Source of the DNA: Gammaproteobacteria bacterium
GTDB taxonomy: Bacteria; Pseudomonadota; Gammaproteobacteria; QNFN01
Direction of reading: 5' to 3'
Length of the DNA stretch: 32,818 nucleotides
Assembly: GCA_009937385.1 (NCBI GenBank)
Contig: JAACFL010000002.1
Coordinates: 1-32,818, forward strand
Shown in pieces: positions 8,596 through 17,532 of the stretch. Positions within the stretch are counted from its first letter, which is position 1, and every line of letters starts with the position of its first letter. The translations under genes were made by a program, and so were the position numbers. The notes under the pieces are model-generated. The model worked only from the letters and a program-made list of their open reading frames with translations. It made no database searches and was not told the DNA's origin.

Positions 8596-9912
8596 GTGAA
8601 TCCGGTCAATGTCGGCCTGCTGGGCCTCGGCACCGTAGGTGGCGGTACGGTCAACGTGCTGCTGCGAAACGCCGCGGAGATCAACCGCCGCGCGGGGCGT
8701 GGCATCCACGTCAGTCACGCCGCGGCGCGCCATCTCGACGCACCGCGCATCTGCCCGACCGACGGCATGCGCCTGACCGACGACCCGTTCGCGGTGGTGC
8801 GCGATCCCGACGTGGACATCGTCGTCGAGCTGATCGGTGGCTACGAACCGGCGCGCGAGCTGGTGCTCGAGGCGATCGCGCACGGTAAGCACGTGGTCAC
8901 CGCCAACAAGGCGCTGATCGCGCTGCACGGCAACGAGATCTTCGCCGCTGCGCAGGCGCAGGGCGTCGTGGTCGCGTTCGAGGCCGCGGTGGCCGGCGGC
9001 ATTCCGATCATCAAGGCGCTGCGCGAGGGGCTCGCGGCCAACCAGGTGCAGTGGGTCGCCGGCATCATCAACGGCACCGGCAACTTCATCCTGACCGAGA
9101 TGCGCGACAAGGGCCGCGATTTCGCCGACGTGCTTGCCGAGGCGCAGGAGCTTGGCTATGCCGAGGCCGATCCGACCTTCGACGTCGAGGGGATCGACGC
9201 CGCGCACAAGCTGACCATCCTGGCGTCGATCGCGTTCGGCATCCCGCTGCAGTTCGACAGCGCCTACACCGAGGGCATCACCCACGTCACCCGTGACGAC
9301 GTGGCCTACGCAGAGGAGCTCGGTTACCGCATCAAGCACCTCGGCATCGCGCGGCGCAACGACCAGGGCATCGAGCTGCGCGTGCATCCGACGCTGATCC
9401 CCGAGCGGCGCCTGATCGCCAACGTCGACGGGGTCATGAACGCGGTGCTGGTGATGGGCGACGCGGTCGGACCGACGCTCTACTACGGCGCCGGCGCGGG
9501 TGCCGAGCCGACCGCCTCCGCGGTGGTCGCCGACCTGATCGAGGTGACCCGGGTGCTGACCAGCGACCCGGAGAACCGCGTGCCGCACCTGGCGTTCCAG
9601 CCGGACGCGCTGGCCGACCTGGCGATCCTGCCGATCGATGCCGTGTCGTCGGCCTACTACCTGCGTCTGTTGGCCAAGGACAAGCCGGGCACGCTGGCCG
9701 ATGTCTCGCGCATCCTTGCCGATCGCGGCATCAGCATGGAGGCGATCCTGCAGAAGGAACCCGCCGCGGGCGCAACCGACGTGCCGGTCATCATCCTCAC
9801 CCAGCGCGTCCGCGAGGGCGAGGTCGACAGCGCGATCACCGCGATCGAGGCGCTCGACAGCATCAGCGCGCCGGTGACCCGCATCCGCGTCGAGCCGCTC
9901 GACGCACACTAG
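8596..9912 (+). CDS. hom: Homoserine dehydrogenase with C-terminal ACT domain
   Basis: GTG at 8596 after AAGGAG; GLLGLGTVGGG, VVTANKA, FEAAVAGGIPII, GIINGTGNFIL, GYAEADPTFDVEGIDAAHK and ACT motif DKPGTLA. Confidence 0.96.
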   Translation: MNPVNVGLLGLGTVGGGTVNVLLRNAAEINRRAGRGIHVSHAAARHLDAPRICPTDGMRLTDDPFAVVRDPDVDIVVELIGGYEPARELVLEAIAHGKHVVTANKALIALHGNEIFAAAQAQGVVVAFEAAVAGGIPIIKALREGLAANQVQWVAGIINGTGNFILTEMRDKGRDFADVLAEAQELGYAEADPTFDVEGIDAAHKLTILASIAFGIPLQFDSAYTEGITHVTRDDVAYAEELGYRIKHLGIARRNDQGIELRVHPTLIPERRLIANVDGVMNAVLVMGDAVGPTLYYGAGAGAEPTASAVVADLIEVTRVLTSDPENRVPHLAFQPDALADLAILPIDAVSSAYYLRLLAKDKPGTLADVSRILADRGISMEAILQKEPAAGATDVPVIILTQRVREGEVDSAITAIEALDSISAPVTRIRVEPLDAH

Positions 9913-9953
9913 GGGAGGGTGGTCCAGCGCAGAGGCCACGACAGGGGAGAACG

Positions 9954-11027
9954 ATGGGCAACCGCTATACAGGGCTGATCGACCGATACCGAGACTGGCT
10001 GCCGGTCGGTGACGACACCCGCATCATCAGCCTCAGCGAGGGCGCGACGCCGCTGATCCGGCTCAACAACCTGCCGCGTGACCTGCAGCGAGACGTCGAC
10101 CTGTACGTCAAGTACGAGGGTCTCAACCCGACCGGTTCATTCAAGGACCGCGGCATGACCATGGCGGTCACGCAGGCGGTCGCCGAGGGCAGCCAGGCGA
10201 TCATCTGTGCGTCGACCGGCAACACCTCGGCCGCGGCGGCGGCCTATGCCGCGCGTGCCGGGATCACCGCCTTCGTGCTGATTCCGGACGGCAAGATCGC
10301 GCTCGGCAAGCTCGCGCAGGCGATGATGCACGGCGCCATGGTGCTGCAGATCGAGGGCAACTTCGATGCCGGCATGCAGCTGGTCAAGGAGGTCGCCGAG
10401 GAGGCGCCCGTCACCATCGTCAACTCGATCAACCCCTACCGTCTGCAGGGGCAGAAGACCGCCGCGTTCGAGATCATCGACACCCTCGGCCGCGCGCCGG
10501 ACTACCACTGCCTCCCGGTCGGCAACGCCGGCAACATCTCGGCCTACTGGATGGGGTACAGCGAGTACCACGCGCGCGGCGTCGTCGGCCAGCGCCCCGT
10601 GATGTGCGGCTACCAGGCTTCGGGTGCGGCGCCGTTCCTGCGCGGTCACCCGGTCGAGAATCCCGAGACCGTCGCCACCGCGATCCGCATCGGCAACCCG
10701 CAGAGCTGGGACAAGGCGGTTGCCGCGCAAACGGAGTCGGGCGGCTGGTTCGACGAGTTCGACGACCCGCAGATCCTCAACGCACAGAAGCTGCTGGCCC
10801 AGCGCGAGGGCATCTTCTGCGAGCCGGCCTCGGCGATCTCGATCGCGGGCGCGATGAACGACATCTGCGCCGGGCGCATCCCCGAAGGCAGCACGGTGGT
10901 CTGCACGCTGACCGGTCACGGGCTCAAGGACCCCGACACCGCGATCGGCCAGTGCCAGGACGCGGTCTCCAAGGTTCCGGCCGAGCTGGGCGCCGTCAAG
11001 CGGGCGATCCTCGACCGCCTCGCCTGA
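9954..11027 (+). CDS. thrC: Threonine synthase
   Basis: EGLNPTGSFKDRG (PLP lysine), CASTGNTS, PVGNAGN and TGHGLKDP. Confidence 0.96.
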   Translation: MGNRYTGLIDRYRDWLPVGDDTRIISLSEGATPLIRLNNLPRDLQRDVDLYVKYEGLNPTGSFKDRGMTMAVTQAVAEGSQAIICASTGNTSAAAAAYAARAGITAFVLIPDGKIALGKLAQAMMHGAMVLQIEGNFDAGMQLVKEVAEEAPVTIVNSINPYRLQGQKTAAFEIIDTLGRAPDYHCLPVGNAGNISAYWMGYSEYHARGVVGQRPVMCGYQASGAAPFLRGHPVENPETVATAIRIGNPQSWDKAVAAQTESGGWFDEFDDPQILNAQKLLAQREGIFCEPASAISIAGAMNDICAGRIPEGSTVVCTLTGHGLKDPDTAIGQCQDAVSKVPAELGAVKRAILDRLA

Positions 11028-11034
11028 TCGCACG

Positions 11035-12774
11035 GTGCTCGGCGGCCACGTCACCATCCGTCGCCGGCCGGAGAGCGCGTCCGCATCCCTGTCGGATGAT
11101 CTGCACCCGGTGCTGCGCCGGGTGCTGGCGCGTCGCGAACTGCACGACTCCACCGACCTCGACCTGGCCCTCGAGCGGCTGCCCGATCCTGACGACCTGT
11201 ACGGCTGCCCGGAGGCGGCTGCCCGGTTGCAGCGGGCCCTCGACGAGCAGGCACGGATTCTCATCGTCGGTGATTACGATGCCGATGGGGCGACCAGCAG
11301 CGCCCTGGCGGTGCGCGCCCTGCGCCTGTTCGGCGCCGCACACGCCGATTACCTGGTACCGAACCGCTTCACCAGTGGCTACGGCCTGACCCCCGAGGTC
11401 GTGGAGCTGGCCGCGGCGCGCGAGCCCGGACTGCTGGTCACCGTGGACAACGGCATCAGCAGCCACGCGGGCGTGGCGGCGGCTCGTGCTGCCGGCATTG
11501 ACGTGATCGTCACCGACCACCACCTGCCGGGCGACCGCTTGCCTGCTGACTGCACGATCGTCAATCCACAGTGTGGGCCGGTGGACTATCCCGGCATCAA
11601 CCTCGCCGGGGTCGGCGTGATCTTCTACGTGATGCTGGCACTGCGCCGGCGCCTGCGGGAAGCCGGCTGGTTCACCGGCCGCGGCCTGCCCGAGCCGAAC
11701 CTCGCGGTGCTGCTGGACCTGGTCGCCCTTGGCACCGTGGCCGACGTCGCGCGCCTCGACCGGGTCAACCGTACGCTGGTCAGCCACGGCCTGAGGCGCC
11801 TGAGAAGTGGCGCTGGATGCGCCGGCATCGAGGCGCTGGCGCGCGTCGGCAAGCGCGATCCCCGGTTCCTGTCGGCGAGCGACCTCGGCTTCGCGGTGGG
11901 CCCGCGGCTCAACGCGGCGGGGCGCCTGGCCGACATGAGCCTCGGCGTGCGCTGCCTGCTCGAGGACGACCCGGCCCGCGCGCTCACGCAGGCCGGAGAA
12001 CTCGACGCCCTGAACCACGAACGGCGCGAGATCGAGCATGGCATGCGCGTCGAGGCCGAGGCGATGGTCGCCGACCTGGCCATCGATGGCGACCTGCCCG
12101 CGGCGCTCAGCCTGTTCGACCCGGGGTGGCACCAGGGCATCGTGGGCATCCTCGCCGGGCGCCTGAAGGAGCGCGTGCATCGCCCGGTGGTCGCCTTTGC
12201 TGCCGACGACAGCGGACGCCTCAAGGGATCGGCCCGCTCGGTTCCGGGCGTGCACGTGCGTGACGCGCTGCAGGCGATCGCCGACCGCGAGCCGGGGCTG
12301 ATTGAACGTTTCGGGGGCCACGCGATGGCGGCCGGCCTGACGCTCGAGGCCGGCGGGCTGGAACGTTTCTCCGAGGCATTCGCCGACGAAGTCGCCCTCC
12401 AGGTCGATCCGGCCAGCCTGCAGGGGGTGATCGTCACCGACGGTGCACTCGACTCCGACGAGCTGACGCTCGATACCGCGCGCGTGCTCGAAGATGCCGG
12501 CCCATGGGGGCAGGGATTCCCTGAGCCGCTGTTCGATGGGGCCTTTCAGCTGGTCGATGCACGGCCGATCGGCGAGGCGCACCTGCGCATGGAGCTGTTG
12601 CCCGAGCGCGGCCGTGCACCGGTCGAGGGGATCGCGTTCAACCTGCCGATGGGAAATCGACCTGAAAAAGGCGATACAATCAGTCTCGCGTACCGGGTGA
12701 CAGTTAATCGGTACCGCGAAGAACGGCTGCAGCTGGTGGTGGAACACTTGGCACCCGCTGCACGACCGGAATGA
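11035..12774 (+). CDS. recJ: Single-stranded-DNA-specific exonuclease RecJ
   Basis: GDYDADGATS, TVDNG, TDHH, LGTVADV, PRLNAAGR, GSARS and FGGHAMAAG. Confidence 0.96.
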   Translation: MLGGHVTIRRRPESASASLSDDLHPVLRRVLARRELHDSTDLDLALERLPDPDDLYGCPEAAARLQRALDEQARILIVGDYDADGATSSALAVRALRLFGAAHADYLVPNRFTSGYGLTPEVVELAAAREPGLLVTVDNGISSHAGVAAARAAGIDVIVTDHHLPGDRLPADCTIVNPQCGPVDYPGINLAGVGVIFYVMLALRRRLREAGWFTGRGLPEPNLAVLLDLVALGTVADVARLDRVNRTLVSHGLRRLRSGAGCAGIEALARVGKRDPRFLSASDLGFAVGPRLNAAGRLADMSLGVRCLLEDDPARALTQAGELDALNHERREIEHGMRVEAEAMVADLAIDGDLPAALSLFDPGWHQGIVGILAGRLKERVHRPVVAFAADDSGRLKGSARSVPGVHVRDALQAIADREPGLIERFGGHAMAAGLTLEAGGLERFSEAFADEVALQVDPASLQGVIVTDGALDSDELTLDTARVLEDAGPWGQGFPEPLFDGAFQLVDARPIGEAHLRMELLPERGRAPVEGIAFNLPMGNRPEKGDTISLAYRVTVNRYREERLQLVVEHLAPAARPE

Positions 12775-12792
12775 CACCGAAGGGAGATCTTG

Positions 12793-13836
12793 ATGAGCAA
12801 CGACACGCAGCTCGGCGTCGGCTTGTATATCGACGCCGCCAACATCCAGTACAACGGCGGCTGGGGCATGGCCTACGACGTCCTGCGGGAGTTCGCCTGC
12901 CGTGACGGCGGCATCCCGCTGCGCCTGAACAGCTACGTCACGTTCGACGCGGAGCGCGCGCGCCGCGACCATGGCTACCGCCACGGCGTCGAGCGTTTCC
13001 ACAACGCGATCCGCGACATGGGCTTCAAGGTGATCGTCAAGGAGGTCAAGCGCTACCGCGACGACGCCGGCAACACCTTCGCCAAGGCCAACGCCGACCT
13101 CGACATGGCGGTCGACGCGCTGATGCAGTCCGATGCGCTCGGTCGCGTGGTGCTCGCCACCGGCGACGGCGACTTCGTGCGCGTCGTCCAGGCGCTGCAG
13201 AACAAGGGCTGCCGCGTCGAGGTGATCGCCTTCGACAACGTCTCGGCGGCGCTGCGTCGCGAGGTCGATTTCTACCTTTCCGGATTCCTGATCCCGAACC
13301 TGCTGCCGTCGCGCGAAGGCCCCGACAGCCCGGCATGGGGTGGAAAGGGATCGGTCGTGCGCGGCGTCTGCTACCACTTCAATCGCGACGGCGGCTTCGG
13401 TTTCGTGCGTTACCTCAAGCGTGCCGACGGCAAACTGTGGATCACCGACACGCGACGTGACGACTCACCCTACGCGTCGGCCTTCTTCTCGATGGCCGAT
13501 GTCGACGACGGTGTCAGCCCCGATCAGATTCAACGCCAGGACACGGTGCTCGAGTTCCGCCTCGGCGAGTCGCAGGCCAAGGAGGGCGAACTGCAGGCGT
13601 TCCAGGTCAGCCTCGCGCAGGGCGTTGAGCGCGTGCGAGGCGCGGCACCTCAGGGCCGTGGGCAGCCGAACACGAACCGTGGAGAGGGGCGGCCGCCACG
13701 CGGCAACCAGGCCGCAGCGGGCGAACAGCCCCGGGAGGACGAGCCGAACGGCAACATGGTCGTCGATGTGCCTGCTGACGAAGAGGAGTTGCCCGAGGTC
13801 GACGGGAATCGCGTCGAGCCGGCAGGCACGCAGTAA
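12793..13836 (+). CDS. NYN (LabA/DUF88) PIN-like ribonuclease domain fused to a cold-shock-like OB domain and an acidic disordered tail
   Basis: YIDAANI, ADLDMAVD and ATGDGDF NYN acidic motifs; GVCYHFNRDGGFGFVR resembles the cold-shock RNP1 motif; GGGAG SD. Confidence 0.85.
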   Translation: MSNDTQLGVGLYIDAANIQYNGGWGMAYDVLREFACRDGGIPLRLNSYVTFDAERARRDHGYRHGVERFHNAIRDMGFKVIVKEVKRYRDDAGNTFAKANADLDMAVDALMQSDALGRVVLATGDGDFVRVVQALQNKGCRVEVIAFDNVSAALRREVDFYLSGFLIPNLLPSREGPDSPAWGGKGSVVRGVCYHFNRDGGFGFVRYLKRADGKLWITDTRRDDSPYASAFFSMADVDDGVSPDQIQRQDTVLEFRLGESQAKEGELQAFQVSLAQGVERVRGAAPQGRGQPNTNRGEGRPPRGNQAAAGEQPREDEPNGNMVVDVPADEEELPEVDGNRVEPAGTQ

Positions 13837-13843
13837 TCCGCTT

Positions 13844-14851
13844 TCAGCCCGGGTGCTGGCCCCGGCGCTGCCGGGAGGGGGAGTGCCCGGTCCAGCGGCG
13901 GAAAGTGCGCGCGAAGCTGCTCGGTTCCGAGAACCCCAGCAGGTAGGAGATCTCGGTGATCGACAGGCGCGGATTCGCGACGTACTGCAACGCCAGGTCG
14001 CGACGCACCGACTCGAGCAGTTCGCGGTAGGCGGTGCCCGCATCACGCAGCCGGCGCTGGAAAGTCCGCAGGCTGAGGTGCAGCGCCGTGGCGATCGACT
14101 CCTCGCTGAACCTTCCCGACGGCAGCTGGCGCAGGATCTCGGCCTTCGCGCGTCCTACCACGTCGTCGCGATCGAGCGCGGCGAGGTAGTTCGCGATCAT
14201 CGTCTCGGCACTGGTCAGCAGTTCCATGTTGGCGGTCGACAGCGGCCGTTCGAGTTCGGCGTGCGGCAGCACGAGTGCGTGATGTGGAGCGTCGTACTCG
14301 ATAGGGCAGGCAAGGAACTCGGCCAGCGGGGCGGTGCATCCGCTCTTCTGATGCGACAGCAACACGCGTCGCGGTGAAAAGTTCGCGTCGAGGCTCATCC
14401 GGCACAGCTTGACCAGAACCACGACAGCAGCGTGCACCGCCTCGTTCGGCGCCTGTGCGGACGGGTCGGACGGCTCGACCCTGAAACGGTACCCCTCGCG
14501 GGTGCGCTCCAGACGTGCGCATCCCGCCGTCGAGAGCAGGGCGAAGGCGTCGGCGAGGCGCCGGAACGCCTCGGCCAGCGTCGGGCTCGCGAACCAGGCG
14601 ATGCCGAGCGCATGCAGCGTGGTCGGATGCCAGTGGCGCGCGGCGGCGAGCCCGAAGCAGGGCGCGGTGCTGATCTTCGCGCCGGCATCCCAGACCTTCC
14701 CGAGGCGCGGCATCGAGATGCGGGCCCCGGCCTGGTGTAGCAGGTGCGGATCGATCCCGGCCTGACGGAACACGGAATCGGGATCGTGACCCTCCTGCTG
14801 CAGCGCCTTCCAGATCAGTAGCGGCCAGGAGGAGATGGTGGTGAAGCCCAT
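13844..14851 (-). CDS. AraC family transcriptional regulator (OruR-like N-terminal domain)
   Basis: C-terminal LHLSLRTFQRRL and ITEISYLLGFSEPSSFARTFRRWTG. Confidence 0.93.
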   Translation of the reverse strand: MGFTTISSWPLLIWKALQQEGHDPDSVFRQAGIDPHLLHQAGARISMPRLGKVWDAGAKISTAPCFGLAAARHWHPTTLHALGIAWFASPTLAEAFRRLADAFALLSTAGCARLERTREGYRFRVEPSDPSAQAPNEAVHAAVVVLVKLCRMSLDANFSPRRVLLSHQKSGCTAPLAEFLACPIEYDAPHHALVLPHAELERPLSTANMELLTSAETMIANYLAALDRDDVVGRAKAEILRQLPSGRFSEESIATALHLSLRTFQRRLRDAGTAYRELLESVRRDLALQYVANPRLSITEISYLLGFSEPSSFARTFRRWTGHSPSRQRRGQHPG

Positions 14852-14862
14852 GCAGTGGAATC

Positions 14863-15864
14863 TCAGAGCGCCTGGCGCACTGCGGTCGGCGAGGTGCCGT
14901 TCCAGCGCCGGAAGGAGCGGGCGAAGCTGCTCGGCTCCGAGAAGCCGAGCAGGTAGGAGATCTCGGTGATCGAGTAGCGCGGGTTGGCAAGGTACTTTCC
15001 GGCCAGGTCACGGCGCACGTCGTCGACCAGTTCACGGTAGACCGTGCCGTTGTCGCGCAGGCGGCGCTGGAACGTCCGCAGGCTCATGTTGAGCGCGCTC
15101 GCCACCGTCTCCTCGCTGGTCTTTCCGGAAGGCAGCTGGCGCATGATCTCGCCACGTGTGCGCGCGACGATGTCGCCGTGCTCCAGCCCTGACAGGTAGT
15201 CGGCGACGACCTTTTCCGAGCTGCTGAGCAGGTCGAGATTCGCCGTTGGCAAGGGTCGCTCGAGGTCGACCGTCGTGAACGACAACCCATAGCGCGGCTG
15301 CTCGTACTCGATGGCACAGCCGAAGTAGGCTTCCAGCGAGTCGGTGCAGCCGGTCTCGGCGTGTGCCAGGTGCATCGCTGCAGGTGCCAGGTGGCCGCCG
15401 ACGCAGAGCCGGGCCATGTCCAGCACCGTGGCCAGCGTCGCGTGCTGCTCCTCCACGTGTCCCGTGACGCTCTCATCGGCGAAGGTCCACGAGAAATGGT
15501 GGCCCGAAGGGATCGGTTCGAGGTGGAAGTGGGTCGCATCGGTGACCACCGTCGAGAAGCGCACGAAACGCTCGAAGGCCTCCATCAGGGTGTGGCTCGC
15601 GAGGCAGGCGATTCCCAGCGCGTGCAGGGTCGTCGGGTGCCAGTGGCGTGCCACCTCGAGTCCGAAGCAACCCTCCCCGGCACTGACTCTCGAGGCCTCG
15701 ATCCAGCAGCGCTCCAGCCGGCTTTCGGTGACCCGGGAACCGGCGTCACCGAGCAGCTGCGGATCGATGTCCGCCAAGTTGAAGACCGGGCGTGGATCGT
15801 GACCACCGTCCTCGAGGGCCCTCCAGATCAGAAGCGGCCATGAGGCCAGCGTGGTGAAACTCAC
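14863..15864 (-). CDS. AraC family transcriptional regulator (paralogue of the adjacent gene)
   Basis: LNMSLRTFQRRL and ITEISYLLGFSEPSSFARSFRRWNG; shares FTT..SWPLLIW.AL and ARHWHPTTLHALGIA with its neighbour. Confidence 0.93.
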   Translation of the reverse strand: MSFTTLASWPLLIWRALEDGGHDPRPVFNLADIDPQLLGDAGSRVTESRLERCWIEASRVSAGEGCFGLEVARHWHPTTLHALGIACLASHTLMEAFERFVRFSTVVTDATHFHLEPIPSGHHFSWTFADESVTGHVEEQHATLATVLDMARLCVGGHLAPAAMHLAHAETGCTDSLEAYFGCAIEYEQPRYGLSFTTVDLERPLPTANLDLLSSSEKVVADYLSGLEHGDIVARTRGEIMRQLPSGKTSEETVASALNMSLRTFQRRLRDNGTVYRELVDDVRRDLAGKYLANPRYSITEISYLLGFSEPSSFARSFRRWNGTSPTAVRQAL

Positions 15865-15927
15865 GTAATGCTCCGCGTCGGTCTGTCGCTGCCATTCAAT
15901 CTAAGTCCTCCGATATCCGGCGGCAAC

Positions 15928-15962
15928 TGGCACGTCGTGCATGGTGATTGGCGTGCCGTGCC
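15928..15962 (+). promoter_or_regulatory. Direct repeat with 21-bp period, candidate AraC operator
   Basis: TGGCACGTCGTGCA (15928) and TGGCGTGCCGTGCC (15949) are 10/14 identical and sit in the divergent intergenic region. Confidence 0.45.
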
Positions 15963-16025
15963 ACGTCATGCCCGGCGCCACCCCGTAGATTGGCGGCATC
16001 GAGAACCCCGGCCCGGACGAATGAC

Positions 16026-16229
16026 ATGAAAGACGACGAAAGGCAGCTGCTCGAAGAGGTCGACTTCTGGCTGCGACTGAACAACGACTACTTGCAGCGG
16101 CACGGCAAGGCCCCCACCCGTCGCATGCAGGAGGCGCTGTTCCACGCACTCGATCGCCTGCGATTCCTCGAGGATGGACGGCGTGACGACTGGCGTGCCA
16201 TCGACGAGCTCCCAGACACCCTGAACTGA
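16026..16229 (+). CDS. Small hypothetical helical protein (67 aa)
   Basis: MKDDERQLLEEVDFWLRLNNDY...RMQEALFHALDRLRFLE; protein-like composition, GC-rich third positions, divergent from the AraC pair. Confidence 0.65.
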   Translation: MKDDERQLLEEVDFWLRLNNDYLQRHGKAPTRRMQEALFHALDRLRFLEDGRRDDWRAIDELPDTLN

Positions 16230-16245
16230 AGTGAAGGGATCGATC

Positions 16246-16635
16246 ATGCAGCGCGATTTGATCGGCTACCTGGACCAGGCGATCGAGACGCTCGAGTCCC
16301 TGCTGAGACGGCAGATCGCCGAGTGTCGAAGCACCACGTCGCAACCGTGTTCGGTCAGTGGCTACGGTGAATCGCTCCCCAGTGGACTCGCACGGCTCCA
16401 GGCGCTGCGCCGTACCCGGCGTGTGATCGCGCGACGTCGGCCATTGGAAAGGCCGGACGCCTGCCGCCAGGAGGCGGCGCGCTATGCCGTGGGAGGTCCC
16501 GACTGGTGCGCGGTGCGAGGCAACGGCGGCTACAGCCGTCTGCGGCGCGAAGGATTCACGATCGCAGCCATGGACCTCGACGCCATCGTTTCACTGGCCG
16601 CCTACCGGAGGAAATCCAGACATCATGCGGCCTGA
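16246..16635 (+). CDS. Hypothetical protein
   Basis: ATG at 16246 after AAGGGA; amphipathic N-terminal helix and a C-terminal IVSLAAYRRK motif; no family recognised. Confidence 0.5.
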   Translation: MQRDLIGYLDQAIETLESLLRRQIAECRSTTSQPCSVSGYGESLPSGLARLQALRRTRRVIARRRPLERPDACRQEAARYAVGGPDWCAVRGNGGYSRLRREGFTIAAMDLDAIVSLAAYRRKSRHHAA

Positions 16636-16927
16636 TCTGGGAACGGTGCCGATTCCTGCACAAGCCGGCCCTGTTGGCGACGTGGTGCGCATCGTCGTGA
16701 ACCACGAGTCGTCGGTAACCGATGTCGAAGGAAACACCTGGCTCCCTTACCTGTTGCAGGGGGCCGACGGCGTCATCCGCAGGCTGGGCATGGTCCGTCG
16801 CGAGGCGCTGGGGTATTGCCACAACGGCGGCGATGCGGCTTCAGGTACGACTTGCCACGACCTTTCTGCCACACGACAACCCACACGAAAACAACGTGAT
16901 ATAGGCGTGCAACCGCGGGACTGCTAG
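16625..16927 (+). CDS. Possible hypothetical protein
   Basis: The ATG overlaps the end of the previous ORF. The N-terminal half looks beta-rich and protein-like; the 3' half looks non-coding. Confidence 0.25.
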   Translation: MRPDLGTVPIPAQAGPVGDVVRIVVNHESSVTDVEGNTWLPYLLQGADGVIRRLGMVRREALGYCHNGGDAASGTTCHDLSATRQPTRKQRDIGVQPRDC

Positions 16928-16959
16928 ACTGCCGGGAAGTGCAGTAGCAGGAGAGACCG

Positions 16960-17427
16960 ATGCATCGTCTGCTCGCCATCGCACTGTTGATCACCGCCTG
17001 CTGGCCGATTCTGGCGCTGGCGGACTACGATCGCGGCCTCGCCGCCTACCAGCGTGGAGACTTCACCCAGGCCCACAGCGAGTGGCTCGATGCCGCTCAG
17101 CAAGGCATGGCCCAGGCGCAGTATCGCCTTGCCGATCTCTACGAATCGGGTCTCGGCGTGAACCGTGATTTCCTCGAGGCCTCGAAGTGGTACCGACGTG
17201 CCGCGCGCCAGGGGCATACCATCTCCCAGCACATGATCGGGCTGACCTACGCCTACGGTCTCGGCGTGCCGCGTAACATGGTCGAGGCTTACATGTGGCT
17301 GGACCTGGCGGCCGCCAGCGGCGATCTCAACGCCGGTGCGCTGCGCGACAGCCTGGCCAGGGCGATGGAGCCCGATCAGCTGGCCGACGCGAGGAAGCTA
17401 TCCGAAAACTGGCAGCCTCAGCAGTAG
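16960..17427 (+). CDS. Secreted Sel1-repeat (TPR-like) protein
   Basis: Signal peptide ending ALA-D; repeats AQYRLADLYESGLGV, ASKWYRRAARQG and GLGVPRNMVEAYMW; AGGAG SD and a candidate extended -10 TGCTAGACT at 16922. Confidence 0.9.
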   Translation: MHRLLAIALLITACWPILALADYDRGLAAYQRGDFTQAHSEWLDAAQQGMAQAQYRLADLYESGLGVNRDFLEASKWYRRAARQGHTISQHMIGLTYAYGLGVPRNMVEAYMWLDLAAASGDLNAGALRDSLARAMEPDQLADARKLSENWQPQQ

Positions 17428-17442
17428 AATATCAATATAATC

Positions 17443-17475
17443 ATAAATATAAGAGCTATAGTTCATTATATTTAT
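17443..17475. repeat. AT-rich inverted repeat within a very low-GC intergenic island
   Basis: ATAAATATAA-GAGCTATAGTTCA-TTATATTTAT has perfect 10-bp arms; 17428-17487 contains only 9 G+C in 60 nt. Confidence 0.7.
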
Positions 17476-17532
17476 AATGTAATTTCAGCTCACCAGCACC
17501 ACCTGGGACACGTCAGGGCTGGTGCCTGATCG

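Noticed and set aside
12774-12900. prfB with programmed frameshift expected after recJ
   Set aside because: There is no RF2 sequence or CTT-TGA shift site; a NYN gene is there instead.
10996-13377. 793-aa minus-strand ORF opposite recJ and the NYN gene
   Set aside because: Antisense shadow ORF with no recognisable domain.
15928-15941. TGGCACG as a sigma54 promoter
   Set aside because: The GG-to-GC spacing is 8 nt, not the required 10.
16850-16895. Short repeats TGCCAC and CCACACGA.AAC
   Set aside because: They are too short and irregular to support a function; there is no spacer-repeat periodicity.
17428-17487. dif site or oriC
   Set aside because: It does not match the XerC/XerD arms of E. 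coli dif, and I saw no DnaA-box cluster.
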